A stretch of 64,000 bases of DNA from Candidatus Campbellbacteria bacterium. Lineage in GTDB: Bacteria; Patescibacteriota; Minisyncoccia; Phycocordibacterales; JAXHMZ01. The DNA is taken from positions 41,315 to 105,314 of the forward strand of contig JAXHMZ010000004.1 in assembly GCA_034521025.1 (NCBI GenBank), in the 5' to 3' direction. The first letter of the stretch is position 1. Each line of letters begins with the position of its first letter. The position numbers and the translations under genes are program-made. The notes below the pieces were generated by a model. That model was not told the origin of the DNA. It searched no databases and was given only the letters and a program-made list of their open reading frames with translations. Shown piece by piece: positions 28,073 through 39,348 of the stretch.

Positions 28073-29103
28073 ATGGCATACGTAAAAATTATAAAAACAT
28101 TAAGAAATTTTATAATCTATCCGGCTATAGTATTCGTGGTTCTCGGGATATCTCTTTATGTGGCTCCGCAAACTGTGGCAGCGATTAGTCCTCCTCCACC
28201 ACCAGAACCGGAAATTTATATAGAAGCTTCACTAGACGAAAACTTCTTTACACAAGAGACACAAGAGCGGGTCTGTTTGGATCAGGGCTGTACTTTTGTG
28301 TTAGAACCTGAACAAGATTCTGATGCCTATTACTTAAAAAAGGCTCACGAGCAAGGTCAGAAAGAAGAGCTTTCTTTACTGGGGATCGTGTCGCTTGAAG
28401 AGGGTTCCGTACTAATCACACCCAGTTCTTCACAGGAAGAGATTTCGCTAGATGAAAAAGCCCTTGTCGAGGCGTTAGATATGTTGATTGAAAATGACAT
28501 TTCTCCAATTGAATCTGATCTCTTACAAACACTTGAAAGATGGGCAGATTGGCAGTGGCAGATGGTGGTTATTCACTGTTGCCCACATACGAACAACAAG
28601 GGACAAGAGAACTCCAAAAGCAAAGAATAGGCTTTTTGATTTCATGTTATTACCCTGGGTACGAGCAAAGAGGAAGCTGGTTAATCACTATTGGAAACCA
28701 ACAGCGTGATTATTGTTCTGGTGGTCCCATGGATCACTCAAACTTTGCTCTTTATTTGTTGACCCATATTCCCGAACTACCAGTTACTTACCTCACTGGT
28801 CTAATTTTTGTACTGCTGGGCGCAGTGGTATTCATATATTATCTTGCCAGAAAAAATGAGCTCTGGTTCTTTCTAAGACCAAATAAAACTAAACTAATTA
28901 TAGTGATAATATCAGGGGCTATTCTCACATATCTACATATACCCTACATGCATTATTTCCCATATGATGTCCATCTAGATTTCCAAGAGCTTCTTTATAT
29001 TTTCGGCGCTTGGGTCATAGATTATCTCGTAGAAATATATCTCCTTACATGCGTGATCGGGTATGCGATGTACAGGCGCAGGATTAAGCGTACAACTAAT
29101 TAA
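28073..29103 (+). pseudogene. Family member B, disrupted by a frameshift near 28545-28560.
   Basis: Two overlapping ORFs (28073..28630 and 28540..29103) together align end to end with gene C. The frame change falls in a short direct repeat (tggcag tggcag), as if by slippage. Confidence 0.6.
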
Positions 29104-29158
29104 CTTTCACGGCTTCGTTGAATAACTTTGGAAGTTGTTCAACAAATATAGTGATCCT

Positions 29159-29188
29159 AAACGCTTCAATCTATAGATTGAAGCGTTT
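29159..29188. repeat. Palindrome copy 3 (variant AAACGC...GCGTTT).
   Basis: T>C in the left arm and the matching A>G in the right arm keep perfect dyad symmetry. The upstream ~55 bp are shared with copy 4. Confidence 0.9.
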
Positions 29189-29267
29189 ATTTGGTGTTTT
29201 GTGAGGTGTTTACTTCATTTTTTAGATTTTGTGGTAGCTTAAACTTAAGGTATTTTAATTGTAATAA

Positions 29268-30293
29268 GTGCAGAAAATGACAAAAACATCAAGGGGTTTT
29301 ATAGATTATCGTATAATCGGACTTTCTGCTTTTGTGTTGTTCTTCATTGTAGCTCCACAAACTGCGTCGGCCCTTAGTCCGCCGCCGGCGCCAAAGATTT
29401 ACATAGAAGCATCATTAGATGAAGGCCTTTTTACACAAGAGCAGATTTGTTTAGATCAAGGTTGTGCTTTCGTATTTGGCCCCGAGCAATCTTCTGATTT
29501 TTATTATATAAAGAGAGCTCACGAGCAGGATCAAGAAGAAGGCCTTTCTTTTTTTGGACAAGTATCGCTTGAAAAGAACTTTTTGCAGATTGAGCCTCCT
29601 ACCAGTCTCGAAAACAAAGATGTTCCTTTAGATGAAGCTGTGCTTGTTGATGCATTGGATGTGTTGATCGATGATGATATTTCTGACATCGAACCAATTC
29701 TATTACAAGCATTTAAAGAATGGACGGGGTCAAGGTACGGAGAAAGTCTCACTGTTGCACACCGTGAATCGGCCGAAGGGCGAGCACTAAAAGCATCGAA
29801 GAATACACTCGTTTTATGTAACTATATCGAATATCAACGAGAGGGAGATTGGTTGGTCACTCAAGGGAGCGTTGAGCGAAGCTACTGCTATCCAGACCAT
29901 AATACAATAGGTGTTTTTGGTCCACCGGATGTATCGATTCGCCATTCACACTTTGCGTTTTATTTACTGACTCATATGCACGAATTACCTATCTTTTACC
30001 TCGCTGGATTTATTCTCGTACTCCTGGGTGTTGCGAGGTTCATACATCGACGCATCAAGAGAGGGGAATTCTGGCTTTTTCTGAGACCGAATAAAACAAA
30101 AATAATTATACTGATCGTTTCCGGAATCATTTTGACTTACATATTAACTACAGAATATATGGAGCCGGGATTGGATGATGTGCGTTATATTCTCAGCACT
30201 TGGGTCATAGATTATCTTGTAGAAATATACCTCCTCACGTGCGTGGTCGGGTATGCGATGTATAAGCGAAGGATTGAGCGAGTAAGGAAATAA
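29268..30293 (+). CDS. Family member C (intact).
   Basis: It has a signal/TM helix, PPPAPKIYIEASLDE, CLDQGC, C..YCYPD and three C-terminal TM helices ending IDYLVEIYLLTCVVGYAMYKRR. Confidence 0.6.
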   Translation: MQKMTKTSRGFIDYRIIGLSAFVLFFIVAPQTASALSPPPAPKIYIEASLDEGLFTQEQICLDQGCAFVFGPEQSSDFYYIKRAHEQDQEEGLSFFGQVSLEKNFLQIEPPTSLENKDVPLDEAVLVDALDVLIDDDISDIEPILLQAFKEWTGSRYGESLTVAHRESAEGRALKASKNTLVLCNYIEYQREGDWLVTQGSVERSYCYPDHNTIGVFGPPDVSIRHSHFAFYLLTHMHELPIFYLAGFILVLLGVARFIHRRIKRGEFWLFLRPNKTKIIILIVSGIILTYILTTEYMEPGLDDVRYILSTWVIDYLVEIYLLTCVVGYAMYKRRIERVRK

Positions 30294-30786
30294 CTCGCGT
30301 CACTCAATAATGTTTGTTTTGTGCAAAAACATTGGAAGTAACGAGCTTGTATGATTATCAAGAATTCTCCAGTATCGTGGCAAGCTGAATCGCAAGAGCA
30401 CTTAAGATACCAATTAAAGATTTACCGTGAACATCACCTAACAAAAAGTTGTTAAATATTACACGAACCCCGAATTGTTTGAAAAAATTTCAAAAGAAAC
30501 GCAACAAAAAATGAGGGAGGGCAAAGGTCACATGGCTGCATCTGTGGAGGTACTGCGCAAATACCAAAACGAACTCCGCGATGCGCTCGGTGGTCCGCAG
30601 CAGTAATTCCAGCACTAGCGTAAGATAAAAGATTGTGGTATCGTCTCAGCAGAGAGGCGTCTTGGGGAGGACGTCTTTTCGTTTCTAGACGCAGTTACAG
30701 TACCAAGATGACTGTGACACTTGCACATTGACAGGGGAAGGAAGACAGAGGCAGGAAGAACAAATCCACCGAAAGGAGGTGAAATC

Positions 30787-32058
30787 ATGTACCGAACGCA
30801 AGTAGCTCGCGCCGCAATCGTTCTGTTTTGGATGACCTTAATGACGGTTGCGTTCGCGCAGCCATACGAGATTGTCCGGGCGGGCGACGAAAATCTGACG
30901 TTGCGCGTCGAGCGGGGGTTTACCCCGTGGGATTTCTGGGTGGCGAATGCCGACCGGAACACCTGCGGCTGGTCGGACTTCCGTCCGGCCGTAAACGCGC
31001 TCAACCCAAGCCATGTGGCGAGTGAGTTTCGCGCGATTGCGATCGACTCCGAATTCCGTGTGCCACAAGCGTGTGCTTCGGGCATAGTCAACGTGGCGCC
31101 AGCAGAAACGGATCTTGCACTGCTCGCAGAGAGCATCGATCGTTTCTCGGCGGCATTGGCCAATGCCGCGTCTCGGAACACGGTGAGCAGTGTAGAATTC
31201 GAGGAAATCGAGCAGCGCGTCAAGGGGGTTGAGGAGCGCATCGCTGAACTCGAAAACAACGATGAGCGGCTCAGCGGCCAAGTCGACGAGCTCTCCGCTT
31301 TCGTCGATGCGAGGTTCGCGAACCTCGCCCGAGAGCGCGACACCGGCGTGTTTTGGCAGTGGCCATATCGCTGGTGGGTGAGGGTTCTTATCTTTTTTGT
31401 GATCCTCGCGATTGTGGTTGCGCTACTCTACTACATAGAGCGCATCCGGAATGAGCGAAATCGCCAAAAAGGAAACCCTCCTGACCCGAAGTCGCGTATC
31501 ACGAAGATGCAGGATGAAATAGCCCGGCTTCGTGATAAAAATCAAGAGCTTCGAGACGAAGCTGTGGCCTACAAAGGAGCTCGCGACAAACTTCGCGAAG
31601 AAGTTGCGTTACTCAGAAATACGATCGAACGGCATAATGAAGAAAGCAACAAAATCCGCGAAGAACGCGATCGCGAAGTTGAAGCGCTTCGCGAAGAAGT
31701 GGATCGGCTTAGCAGGCAGGCGAAAGCATACCCCGAGGGGCATGTCGAGCGCGTGACAGTGCAGAACAAAACAACAGGAGGGGAAAAGGCCATGCTGTTA
31801 AAGCACGAACCTCCATATGTCACGGTATTCGACACCGACGGGAATCACATTAGTGGTCCCATGCACCGCAAAACGGCGATCAAACGCGCCGAAGAGAGCG
31901 AAGAAGAATCTGCTCATGCTAGAGGTGAGGTCGTCGAATCCGAGAAAACGTCAGAGGGGTCTTCCAAGAAAGGCAATCCCTCAAAAACACGCCGGGGCGG
32001 CAGACACGCCCATCGACGAAGGCAAAATCGCAACAAGAAGGACAAAGTGACGTCGTAG
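30787..32058 (+). CDS. Island-encoded bitopic membrane protein with a signal peptide, an ectodomain of about 190 aa, a TM helix and an R/E-rich cytoplasmic coiled coil with a basic tail.
   Basis: A GGAGGTG RBS lies 7 nt before ATG 30787. The order is signal peptide, TM helix VLIFFVILAIVVALLYYI, then heptad-like repeats (ARLRDKNQELRDEA...EALREEVDRLSRQ). The minus-strand ORFs 30615..31343 and 30838..31281 are GC-rich shadows. Confidence 0.6.
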   Translation: MYRTQVARAAIVLFWMTLMTVAFAQPYEIVRAGDENLTLRVERGFTPWDFWVANADRNTCGWSDFRPAVNALNPSHVASEFRAIAIDSEFRVPQACASGIVNVAPAETDLALLAESIDRFSAALANAASRNTVSSVEFEEIEQRVKGVEERIAELENNDERLSGQVDELSAFVDARFANLARERDTGVFWQWPYRWWVRVLIFFVILAIVVALLYYIERIRNERNRQKGNPPDPKSRITKMQDEIARLRDKNQELRDEAVAYKGARDKLREEVALLRNTIERHNEESNKIREERDREVEALREEVDRLSRQAKAYPEGHVERVTVQNKTTGGEKAMLLKHEPPYVTVFDTDGNHISGPMHRKTAIKRAEESEEESAHARGEVVESEKTSEGSSKKGNPSKTRRGGRHAHRRRQNRNKKDKVTS

Positions 32059-32204
32059 CTATACTCGACCAGTTGAAGCTTCAAGTGTGTCACACTTGTT
32101 GAGCGCCTGGTGTAGGTTGATGCTCCTGCTCATGTTGTAGCAGTAGAGCGCCCGTGGAGAGTAAACAGTTATCGACGTGCTTGATACATTTCTTCCCCAC
32201 CCCT

Positions 32205-32238
32205 GACTCCGCGGTCTCCCCGCCGCGGAGTTTTTTTA
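32205..32238 (+). terminator. Rho-independent terminator ending the island gene.
   Basis: ctccgcgg-tctccccg-ccgcggag followed by T7. Confidence 0.7.
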
Positions 32239-32282
32239 TACGTCAGCAAATTGATACACTTATACATATGGAAGAAAGACCT

Positions 32283-32508
32283 ACGTCATACCGATTGCGC
32301 GCACTGCTGGTGACTTTTATCGTTGTACTGATTGTTTCCGGAATCATTTTGAGTGCATATTAACTACAGAATATATGGAGCCGGGTTTCGATGATGTGCG
32401 TTATATTCTTAGCACTTGGATGATAGATTATCTTGTAGAAATCTATCTCCTTACGTGTGTGATCGGGTATGCGATGTACAGGCGCAGGATTAAGCGTACA
32501 ACTAATTA
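32283..32508 (+). pseudogene. 3' remnant (family member D) of a 4-TM family gene. It is a mosaic of C-like and B-like sequence and has an internal frameshift.
   Basis: 32283-32460 is nearly identical to the gene C 3' end, with a 1-nt indel that creates the stop at 32361. 32460-32508 and the following ~90 bp match the gene B 3' end and its downstream flank. Confidence 0.55.
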
Positions 32509-32564
32509 ACTTTCACGGCTTCGTTGAATAACTTCGGAAGTTGCTCAACAAATATAGGGATCCT

Positions 32565-32594
32565 AAACGCTTCAATCTATAGATTGAAGCGTTT
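32565..32594. repeat. Palindrome copy 4 (AAACGC...GCGTTT variant), 65 bp upstream of the atpB ATG.
   Basis: Identical to copy 3, including the flanking sequence. Confidence 0.9.
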
Positions 32595-32659
32595 ATTTAT
32601 TGAATAGTTTATCAGTTCTGCTTGCCCAAAGCGCTCTGCCGCGGTATCCTGAAGCGCGT

Positions 32660-33439
32660 ATGCTACACATATCACTGCCCGCAGAAACACTGTTTACTAT
32701 ATTGGGCTTTCCGGTCACTAACACTATGGTGACCGCTTGGGTTGTCATGGCGATAATATGCGCGGTGGCTTGGGCAGTAAGCCGTACGATGAAAACGGTT
32801 ACAGTTGGAGGCGCTGGAGATACAGAAGCCACAAAATCTCCCGGACGCATCGCTGTTTTGGTAGAAATGGTAGTAGGAGGACTTCTAAACTTTTTGGCCA
32901 TGATAGGAGGAGGAGAAGAAAGAGCCAGGCGTTATTTCCCTATTGTGGCCACGATCTTTATATTCGTGCTCGTTTCTAATTGGTTTGGAATAGTGCCGGG
33001 TATCGGCTCGATCATTGTTGAGCAGATGCACAATGGGGAAGTTTCGGCTGTGCCGGTACTTCGTACAGTTTTCTCTGACTTAAATATGACACTCGCACTC
33101 GCCTTTATTGCCGTAATTATGAGTCACGTTATTGGCGTGCGCAGTTTGGGCTTAGGTCACGTACAAAAATATATTTCCTTTAAAAGCCCGGTAGCGTTTT
33201 TTGTGGGGATACTTGAATTCATCGGCGAGATAGCGAAGATCGTCTCTTTTTCCTTTCGTCTTTTTGGCAATATTTTTGCGGGAGAAGTTCTTCTTGTAAT
33301 TATCGCGTTCTTAGTACCAATAGTGTTGCCGATCCCATTTATGGGGCTAGAGCTTTTTGTCGGAGTTATTCAAGCTCTCATATTTGCTGTTCTGACTATG
33401 ATATTCTTTGCCTCAGCTGAAGAACACGCTGAGCATTAA
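32660..33439 (+). CDS. atpB: F0F1 ATP synthase subunit a.
   Basis: MLHISLPAETLFTILGFPVTN matches the typical AtpB N-terminus. The conserved Arg is in LFGNIFAGE...SFRLFGN. The TTG at 32600 is an alternative start. Confidence 0.85.
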   Translation: MLHISLPAETLFTILGFPVTNTMVTAWVVMAIICAVAWAVSRTMKTVTVGGAGDTEATKSPGRIAVLVEMVVGGLLNFLAMIGGGEERARRYFPIVATIFIFVLVSNWFGIVPGIGSIIVEQMHNGEVSAVPVLRTVFSDLNMTLALAFIAVIMSHVIGVRSLGLGHVQKYISFKSPVAFFVGILEFIGEIAKIVSFSFRLFGNIFAGEVLLVIIAFLVPIVLPIPFMGLELFVGVIQALIFAVLTMIFFASAEEHAEH

Positions 33440-33552
33440 AAAAAGACCCGGACAAAATACTTTCCGGTTTTTTCGATAATACATTTGAAAAAGAGCCAGG
33501 TTTGCTGTAGGATATCTACTGTTTTAATAGTTAAAAATAACACTGTAAGTTT

Positions 33553-33765
33553 ATGGAATCACTTGCTTCAGCTATAGCTATCGGTGCCGGTTCACTGGCC
33601 CCAGCTATCGCTATCGGAATGCTTGCCAGTAAAGCCATGGAGGCTATCGGAAGAAATCCCGAGGCGGCATCTAAAATTCAATCAGCTATGATCTTGGCTA
33701 TTGCGTTCGCGGAAGCTATCGCGATCTATGCCTTGGTAGTAGCGCTAATCATTAAGTTCGTATAG
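33553..33765 (+). CDS. atpE: F0F1 ATP synthase subunit c.
   Basis: It forms a two-helix hairpin with a GxGxGxG-like [16 protein letters not shown] motif. The conserved carboxylate is in [14 protein letters not shown]. Confidence 0.9.
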   Translation: MESLASAIAIGAGSLAPAIAIGMLASKAMEAIGRNPEAASKIQSAMILAIAFAEAIAIYALVVALIIKFV

Positions 33766-33793
33766 ATCGGTTTTTTGCCGATAAATTAAAAGT

Positions 33794-34345
33794 ATGGGTG
33801 AGCTGATCACACAATTGGGAATTGATTGGCGCCTTATATTGGCGCAGCTTTTCAATTTTATACTTCTCTTGATCGTACTTGAGAGGTTTGTGTATCGTCC
33901 TGTACTGAAGATAATTGATGACAGACGCGCGCAAATCGAAGAGAACGAAAAGCGCGAGGAGAGACTAGAAAAGAAACTTTCCGGCATCGATTCAATGAAG
34001 GAAAAGGTAGTCTCTGAAGCGAATGCTGAAGCTCGAAAACTTCGCGAGGAAACCTTAGAGCAAGCCGAAGAGACAAAGAAACATATATTAGCTACTGCGA
34101 GGAAAGAAGCAGAAGCGCTTATTGAATCACAAAGAGATTCGCTCAAATCGGACTTTGAACGGCTTGAGGAAAGGATACACAACGAGATAGGAGACGTAGT
34201 CGCGAAAGCCGTTGAAAAGAGCGTAGGTGAGCTCTTAAATGAGGAAGAAAAAAACAAAATACTGAATCGCTCAATTGAAGAGTTTAAGTCCGAATATCAA
34301 AGATCATCGATCACTCCTTCTAGTGTTTTGAAAGAACGTAACTAA
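33794..34345 (+). CDS. atpF: F0F1 ATP synthase subunit b.
   Basis: It has an N-terminal TM helix and a long charged helix. Its position in the operon supports the call. Confidence 0.8.
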   Translation: MGELITQLGIDWRLILAQLFNFILLLIVLERFVYRPVLKIIDDRRAQIEENEKREERLEKKLSGIDSMKEKVVSEANAEARKLREETLEQAEETKKHILATARKEAEALIESQRDSLKSDFERLEERIHNEIGDVVAKAVEKSVGELLNEEEKNKILNRSIEEFKSEYQRSSITPSSVLKERN

Positions 34346-34358
34346 AGTTTAAATAACT

Positions 34359-34736
34359 ATGCAATCCGCGAAAAAAACAGCACTAGTTATTATTGAGGCA
34401 CTAAACAGAGGGAGTGAACCCAGTGAGATAGCTCAGTTGGTTGTAGATAAACTGCAAAATAGTTCCCAAAAAGAACAGCTGAGACTCATTGTTTTCTATC
34501 TCCGAGAATACGCAAAGAAGGAGAAAGAACGAAACACTTGCCTTGTAGAGAGTGCGACAGAATTAAACGAAGAGAAATTGTCGCAAATTAGAGACGTGTT
34601 TGACGTGAAGTCCGAGGAAGTAAAAGTCGTGACAAGCCCAAATCTTGTGGCCGGATTTCGCGCTAAGTATGGAGATATATTTATAGACAAAACCCTATCA
34701 ACTCGCTTGAGGAAACTAAAAGAAGCGGTCACTTAA
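34359..34736 (+). CDS. atpH: F0F1 ATP synthase subunit delta (OSCP), shortened to 125 aa.
   Basis: The C-terminal domain pattern VVTSPNLVAGFRAKYGDIFIDKTLSTRLRKL matches delta. The N-terminal helical domain is reduced. Confidence 0.6.
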   Translation: MQSAKKTALVIIEALNRGSEPSEIAQLVVDKLQNSSQKEQLRLIVFYLREYAKKEKERNTCLVESATELNEEKLSQIRDVFDVKSEEVKVVTSPNLVAGFRAKYGDIFIDKTLSTRLRKLKEAVT

Positions 34737-34745
34737 AATACAGCT

Positions 34746-36239
34746 ATGAAGATAGATACACTAATAAAAGAATTAAATCAACGCATCGATAAAGCTGAAA
34801 TAGATTCCGATGTAGAAGAAGTTGGAACGGTAGCAGAGGTGCATGACGGGATCGCTAGAATTTCCGGCTTGTCGGCCGTAGAATCTTCTGAAATGCTTTT
34901 GTTCCCCGGTGGAGTGATGGGTCTTGCTCTAAACCTGGAAGAAGACGCAGTGGGTTCAATCATCATCGGAGACGCGAGCGGGATCAAAGAAGGTGACACA
35001 GTAAAAAGAACTAAAAATATCCTTTCCATTCCTGTCGGCGAAAAAATGATCGGGAGAGTTATAAACCCACTAGGAGATCCGCTCGACGGCAAGGGTGACA
35101 TAGAATCAAGGGACAACTATCTTCTTGAGAAAAAGGCCCCCGGAGTGATGGAGCGAGAGCCTGTCTCAGAGCCTGTGCAAACCGGAATAAAAGCAATAGA
35201 CGCGATGATACCGGTTGGCAGAGGACAGCGTGAGCTCATCATCGGTGACCGTCAGACAGGGAAAACGACAGTGGCGGTGGATACGATACTAAATCAAAAA
35301 GGCAAGGATCTGATTTGTATTTATGTTGCCGTCAATCAAAAACAATCAAAAGTTGCCAGAGTGGTCAAAACCCTCGAAGAAAATGGAGCACTTGAGTACA
35401 CCACTGTAGTTTTAGCCGGCGCCTCTGATGGTCCTGCTCTTTCTTATCTTGCTCCATACGCCGGCGCTTCACTGGGAGAGTATTTTATGGATCAAGGCAA
35501 AGATGTGTTGGTAGTATTTGACGACCTGTCAAAACATGCTGCTTCTTATCGAGAGATCTCACTCTTATTAAGGCGCCCTCCCGGACGAGAGGCATATCCG
35601 GGTGACGTGTTTTATATTCACTCTAGATTATTGGAACGAGCCGCCAAGAGAGACAAAGAACACGGAGGTGGATCAATGACCGCTCTACCTATAATCGAGA
35701 CGCAGGCGGGGGATATTTCTTCGTACATTCCTACTAACGTTATTTCTATAACAGATGGACAAATTTTCCTTGAGACCGGGCTGTTTTATCGAGGCGTACG
35801 TCCGGCTATAAATATTGGAAACTCGGTTTCTCGTGTCGGGGGTTCGGCGCAGATCAAGTCAATGAAGAAAGTATCCGGACGAATGAAATTAGACCTTGCT
35901 CAATATAGAGAACTGGAGTCTTTTTCTCAATTTGCATCAGACTTGGATCAGGAAACAAAACAATCACTCGATAGGGGTCAACGAATTGTAGAGCTTTTAA
36001 AACAACCAGCTAACAGGCCTGTGCCCGTAGGAATTCAGATCGCTCTTGTCTACGCCGTAAACTCTGGCTTTCTTGACGAGGTTCCTATCCAGGAAATTTC
36101 TAAATGGGAAAAAGATCTGTGGTTGTATCTCGAATCGTCCCACGCTGATCTATTGGATAAATTGGTAGATGGTTGGGACGATGAAACAGAGGAATCTCTA
36201 AAGCAAGCGCTTTATAAATTTGAGAAAACTCGGACTTAA
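34746..36239 (+). CDS. atpA: F0F1 ATP synthase subunit alpha.
   Basis: Walker A GDRQTGKT is present, along with motifs [14 protein letters not shown] and DDLSKHA. Confidence 0.95.
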   Translation: MKIDTLIKELNQRIDKAEIDSDVEEVGTVAEVHDGIARISGLSAVESSEMLLFPGGVMGLALNLEEDAVGSIIIGDASGIKEGDTVKRTKNILSIPVGEKMIGRVINPLGDPLDGKGDIESRDNYLLEKKAPGVMEREPVSEPVQTGIKAIDAMIPVGRGQRELIIGDRQTGKTTVAVDTILNQKGKDLICIYVAVNQKQSKVARVVKTLEENGALEYTTVVLAGASDGPALSYLAPYAGASLGEYFMDQGKDVLVVFDDLSKHAASYREISLLLRRPPGREAYPGDVFYIHSRLLERAAKRDKEHGGGSMTALPIIETQAGDISSYIPTNVISITDGQIFLETGLFYRGVRPAINIGNSVSRVGGSAQIKSMKKVSGRMKLDLAQYRELESFSQFASDLDQETKQSLDRGQRIVELLKQPANRPVPVGIQIALVYAVNSGFLDEVPIQEISKWEKDLWLYLESSHADLLDKLVDGWDDETEESLKQALYKFEKTRT

Positions 36240-36244
36240 TTGAT

Positions 36245-38541
<2,297 letters not shown>

Positions 38542-38546
38542 ATCTT

Positions 38547-38813
38547 ATGCACGAAAAATTTAAGTGTAAAATAGCAACTCCTCTTGGAAACGTATTTGAC
38601 TCCACAGTGGAAAGGGTAACGATTCCGACAGAGTCCGGAGAAATAACCGTACTTGCTCACCATGAACCTTTAGTCGCATTGGCGCGCAAAGGGGCGGCAA
38701 TTCTTGAAATTGAAGATTCTAGTGAAAAACACTTTGAACTTGGAGAAGGAGTTGTGGAAATGAGGCGAGACGGAACTCTGCTTCTTTTGCTAGAAAGTGC
38801 AGTGGAAAAATAA
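38547..38813 (+). CDS. atpC: F0F1 ATP synthase subunit epsilon (88 aa, beta-sandwich only).
   Basis: IATPLGNVFDSTVERVTIPTESGEITVLAHHEPLV matches the epsilon N-terminal domain. There is no C-terminal helical hairpin. Confidence 0.75.
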   Translation: MHEKFKCKIATPLGNVFDSTVERVTIPTESGEITVLAHHEPLVALARKGAAILEIEDSSEKHFELGEGVVEMRRDGTLLLLLESAVEK

Positions 38814-38862
38814 AATCCTCCAACGGATAGTGTGTGTTTAAAAAATTAAAGTTGAGAAAACA

Positions 38863-39300
38863 ATGACAAATAACAAAAAGACTCTGATCGCGATCTATTG
38901 CTCCGACCCGCGTTTTACGGGATCGGCTGAATCTAGAGCGATAGAGAGCTTTAAGAACAAATTTGAAAACGAACTGGGGCTTTCGATCGAAAGCGTGGAT
39001 TTTATTCGTATTCCCGGACCTGATGCTCTAGCAGTCAAATATAGCGATGAAAAACGTAATGCTACTACAAGTTTTATACTAGATCTAATAGGAGCACATA
39101 ACGTAGTTGGTGTAGCTATCGCGGGGCATAGCGACTGTGCCGGCAATCAAGCTAGTGACGAGGATCACAGAAAGGACACAATAAGCTCCGCTGAGTATCT
39201 TCATGATACTATTTTTCAAGGTCCAGTGGGTGCGTTCTTGATGTTTCCTCCGAGCGACGGTAGAGAAGAAAGAGTAGAGACTCTAAAGTTAATTTCATAG
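38863..39300 (+). CDS. Small beta-carbonic-anhydrase-like protein.
   Basis: It carries the beta-CA zinc-ligand signatures CSDPRF (CxDxR) and GHSDCAG (HxxC). It is shorter than canonical beta-CA, so the activity is uncertain. Confidence 0.4.
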   Translation: MTNNKKTLIAIYCSDPRFTGSAESRAIESFKNKFENELGLSIESVDFIRIPGPDALAVKYSDEKRNATTSFILDLIGAHNVVGVAIAGHSDCAGNQASDEDHRKDTISSAEYLHDTIFQGPVGAFLMFPPSDGREERVETLKLIS

Positions 39301-39348
39301 TCAAGCTGGCAACTTAGAAGATGCGTAATTTAATTAGTTATTTATCTA

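Larger units (their letters stand above)
30340..32300. other. GC-rich compositional island, probably a horizontally acquired insertion of about 2 kb.
   Basis: GC content is clearly elevated, about 55-60% by eye against about 40% in the flanks, and codons are rich in GC3. The left edge diverges from the normal downstream region of gene C. The right edge joins a family-gene 3' fragment. Confidence 0.6.

Noticed and set aside
30615-31343. Long minus-strand ORFs (242 aa and 147 aa) inside the GC-rich island.
   Set aside because: They lie antisense to the well-supported 30787..32058 gene, which has an RBS and a terminator. Long stop-free antisense frames are expected in GC-rich DNA, so these are shadow ORFs.
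11373-32594. The four palindromes as a CRISPR array, or as an SOS (LexA/Cheo) box.
   Set aside because: The copies are kilobases apart with no regular spacers and no cas genes. The sequence does not match the CTGT-N8-ACAG or CGAACRNRYGTTYC consensus.
32600-32659. A TTG start for atpB at 32600.
   Set aside because: It lies immediately after the palindrome. The conserved AtpB N-terminus aligns from ATG 32660 (MLHISL...).
33745-34257. A 170-aa minus-strand ORF antisense to atpF, and a 207-aa ORF at 36100..36723(-) antisense to atpA/atpG.
   Set aside because: They are embedded in, and antisense to, highly conserved ATP synthase genes. They are Ser-rich shadow frames.
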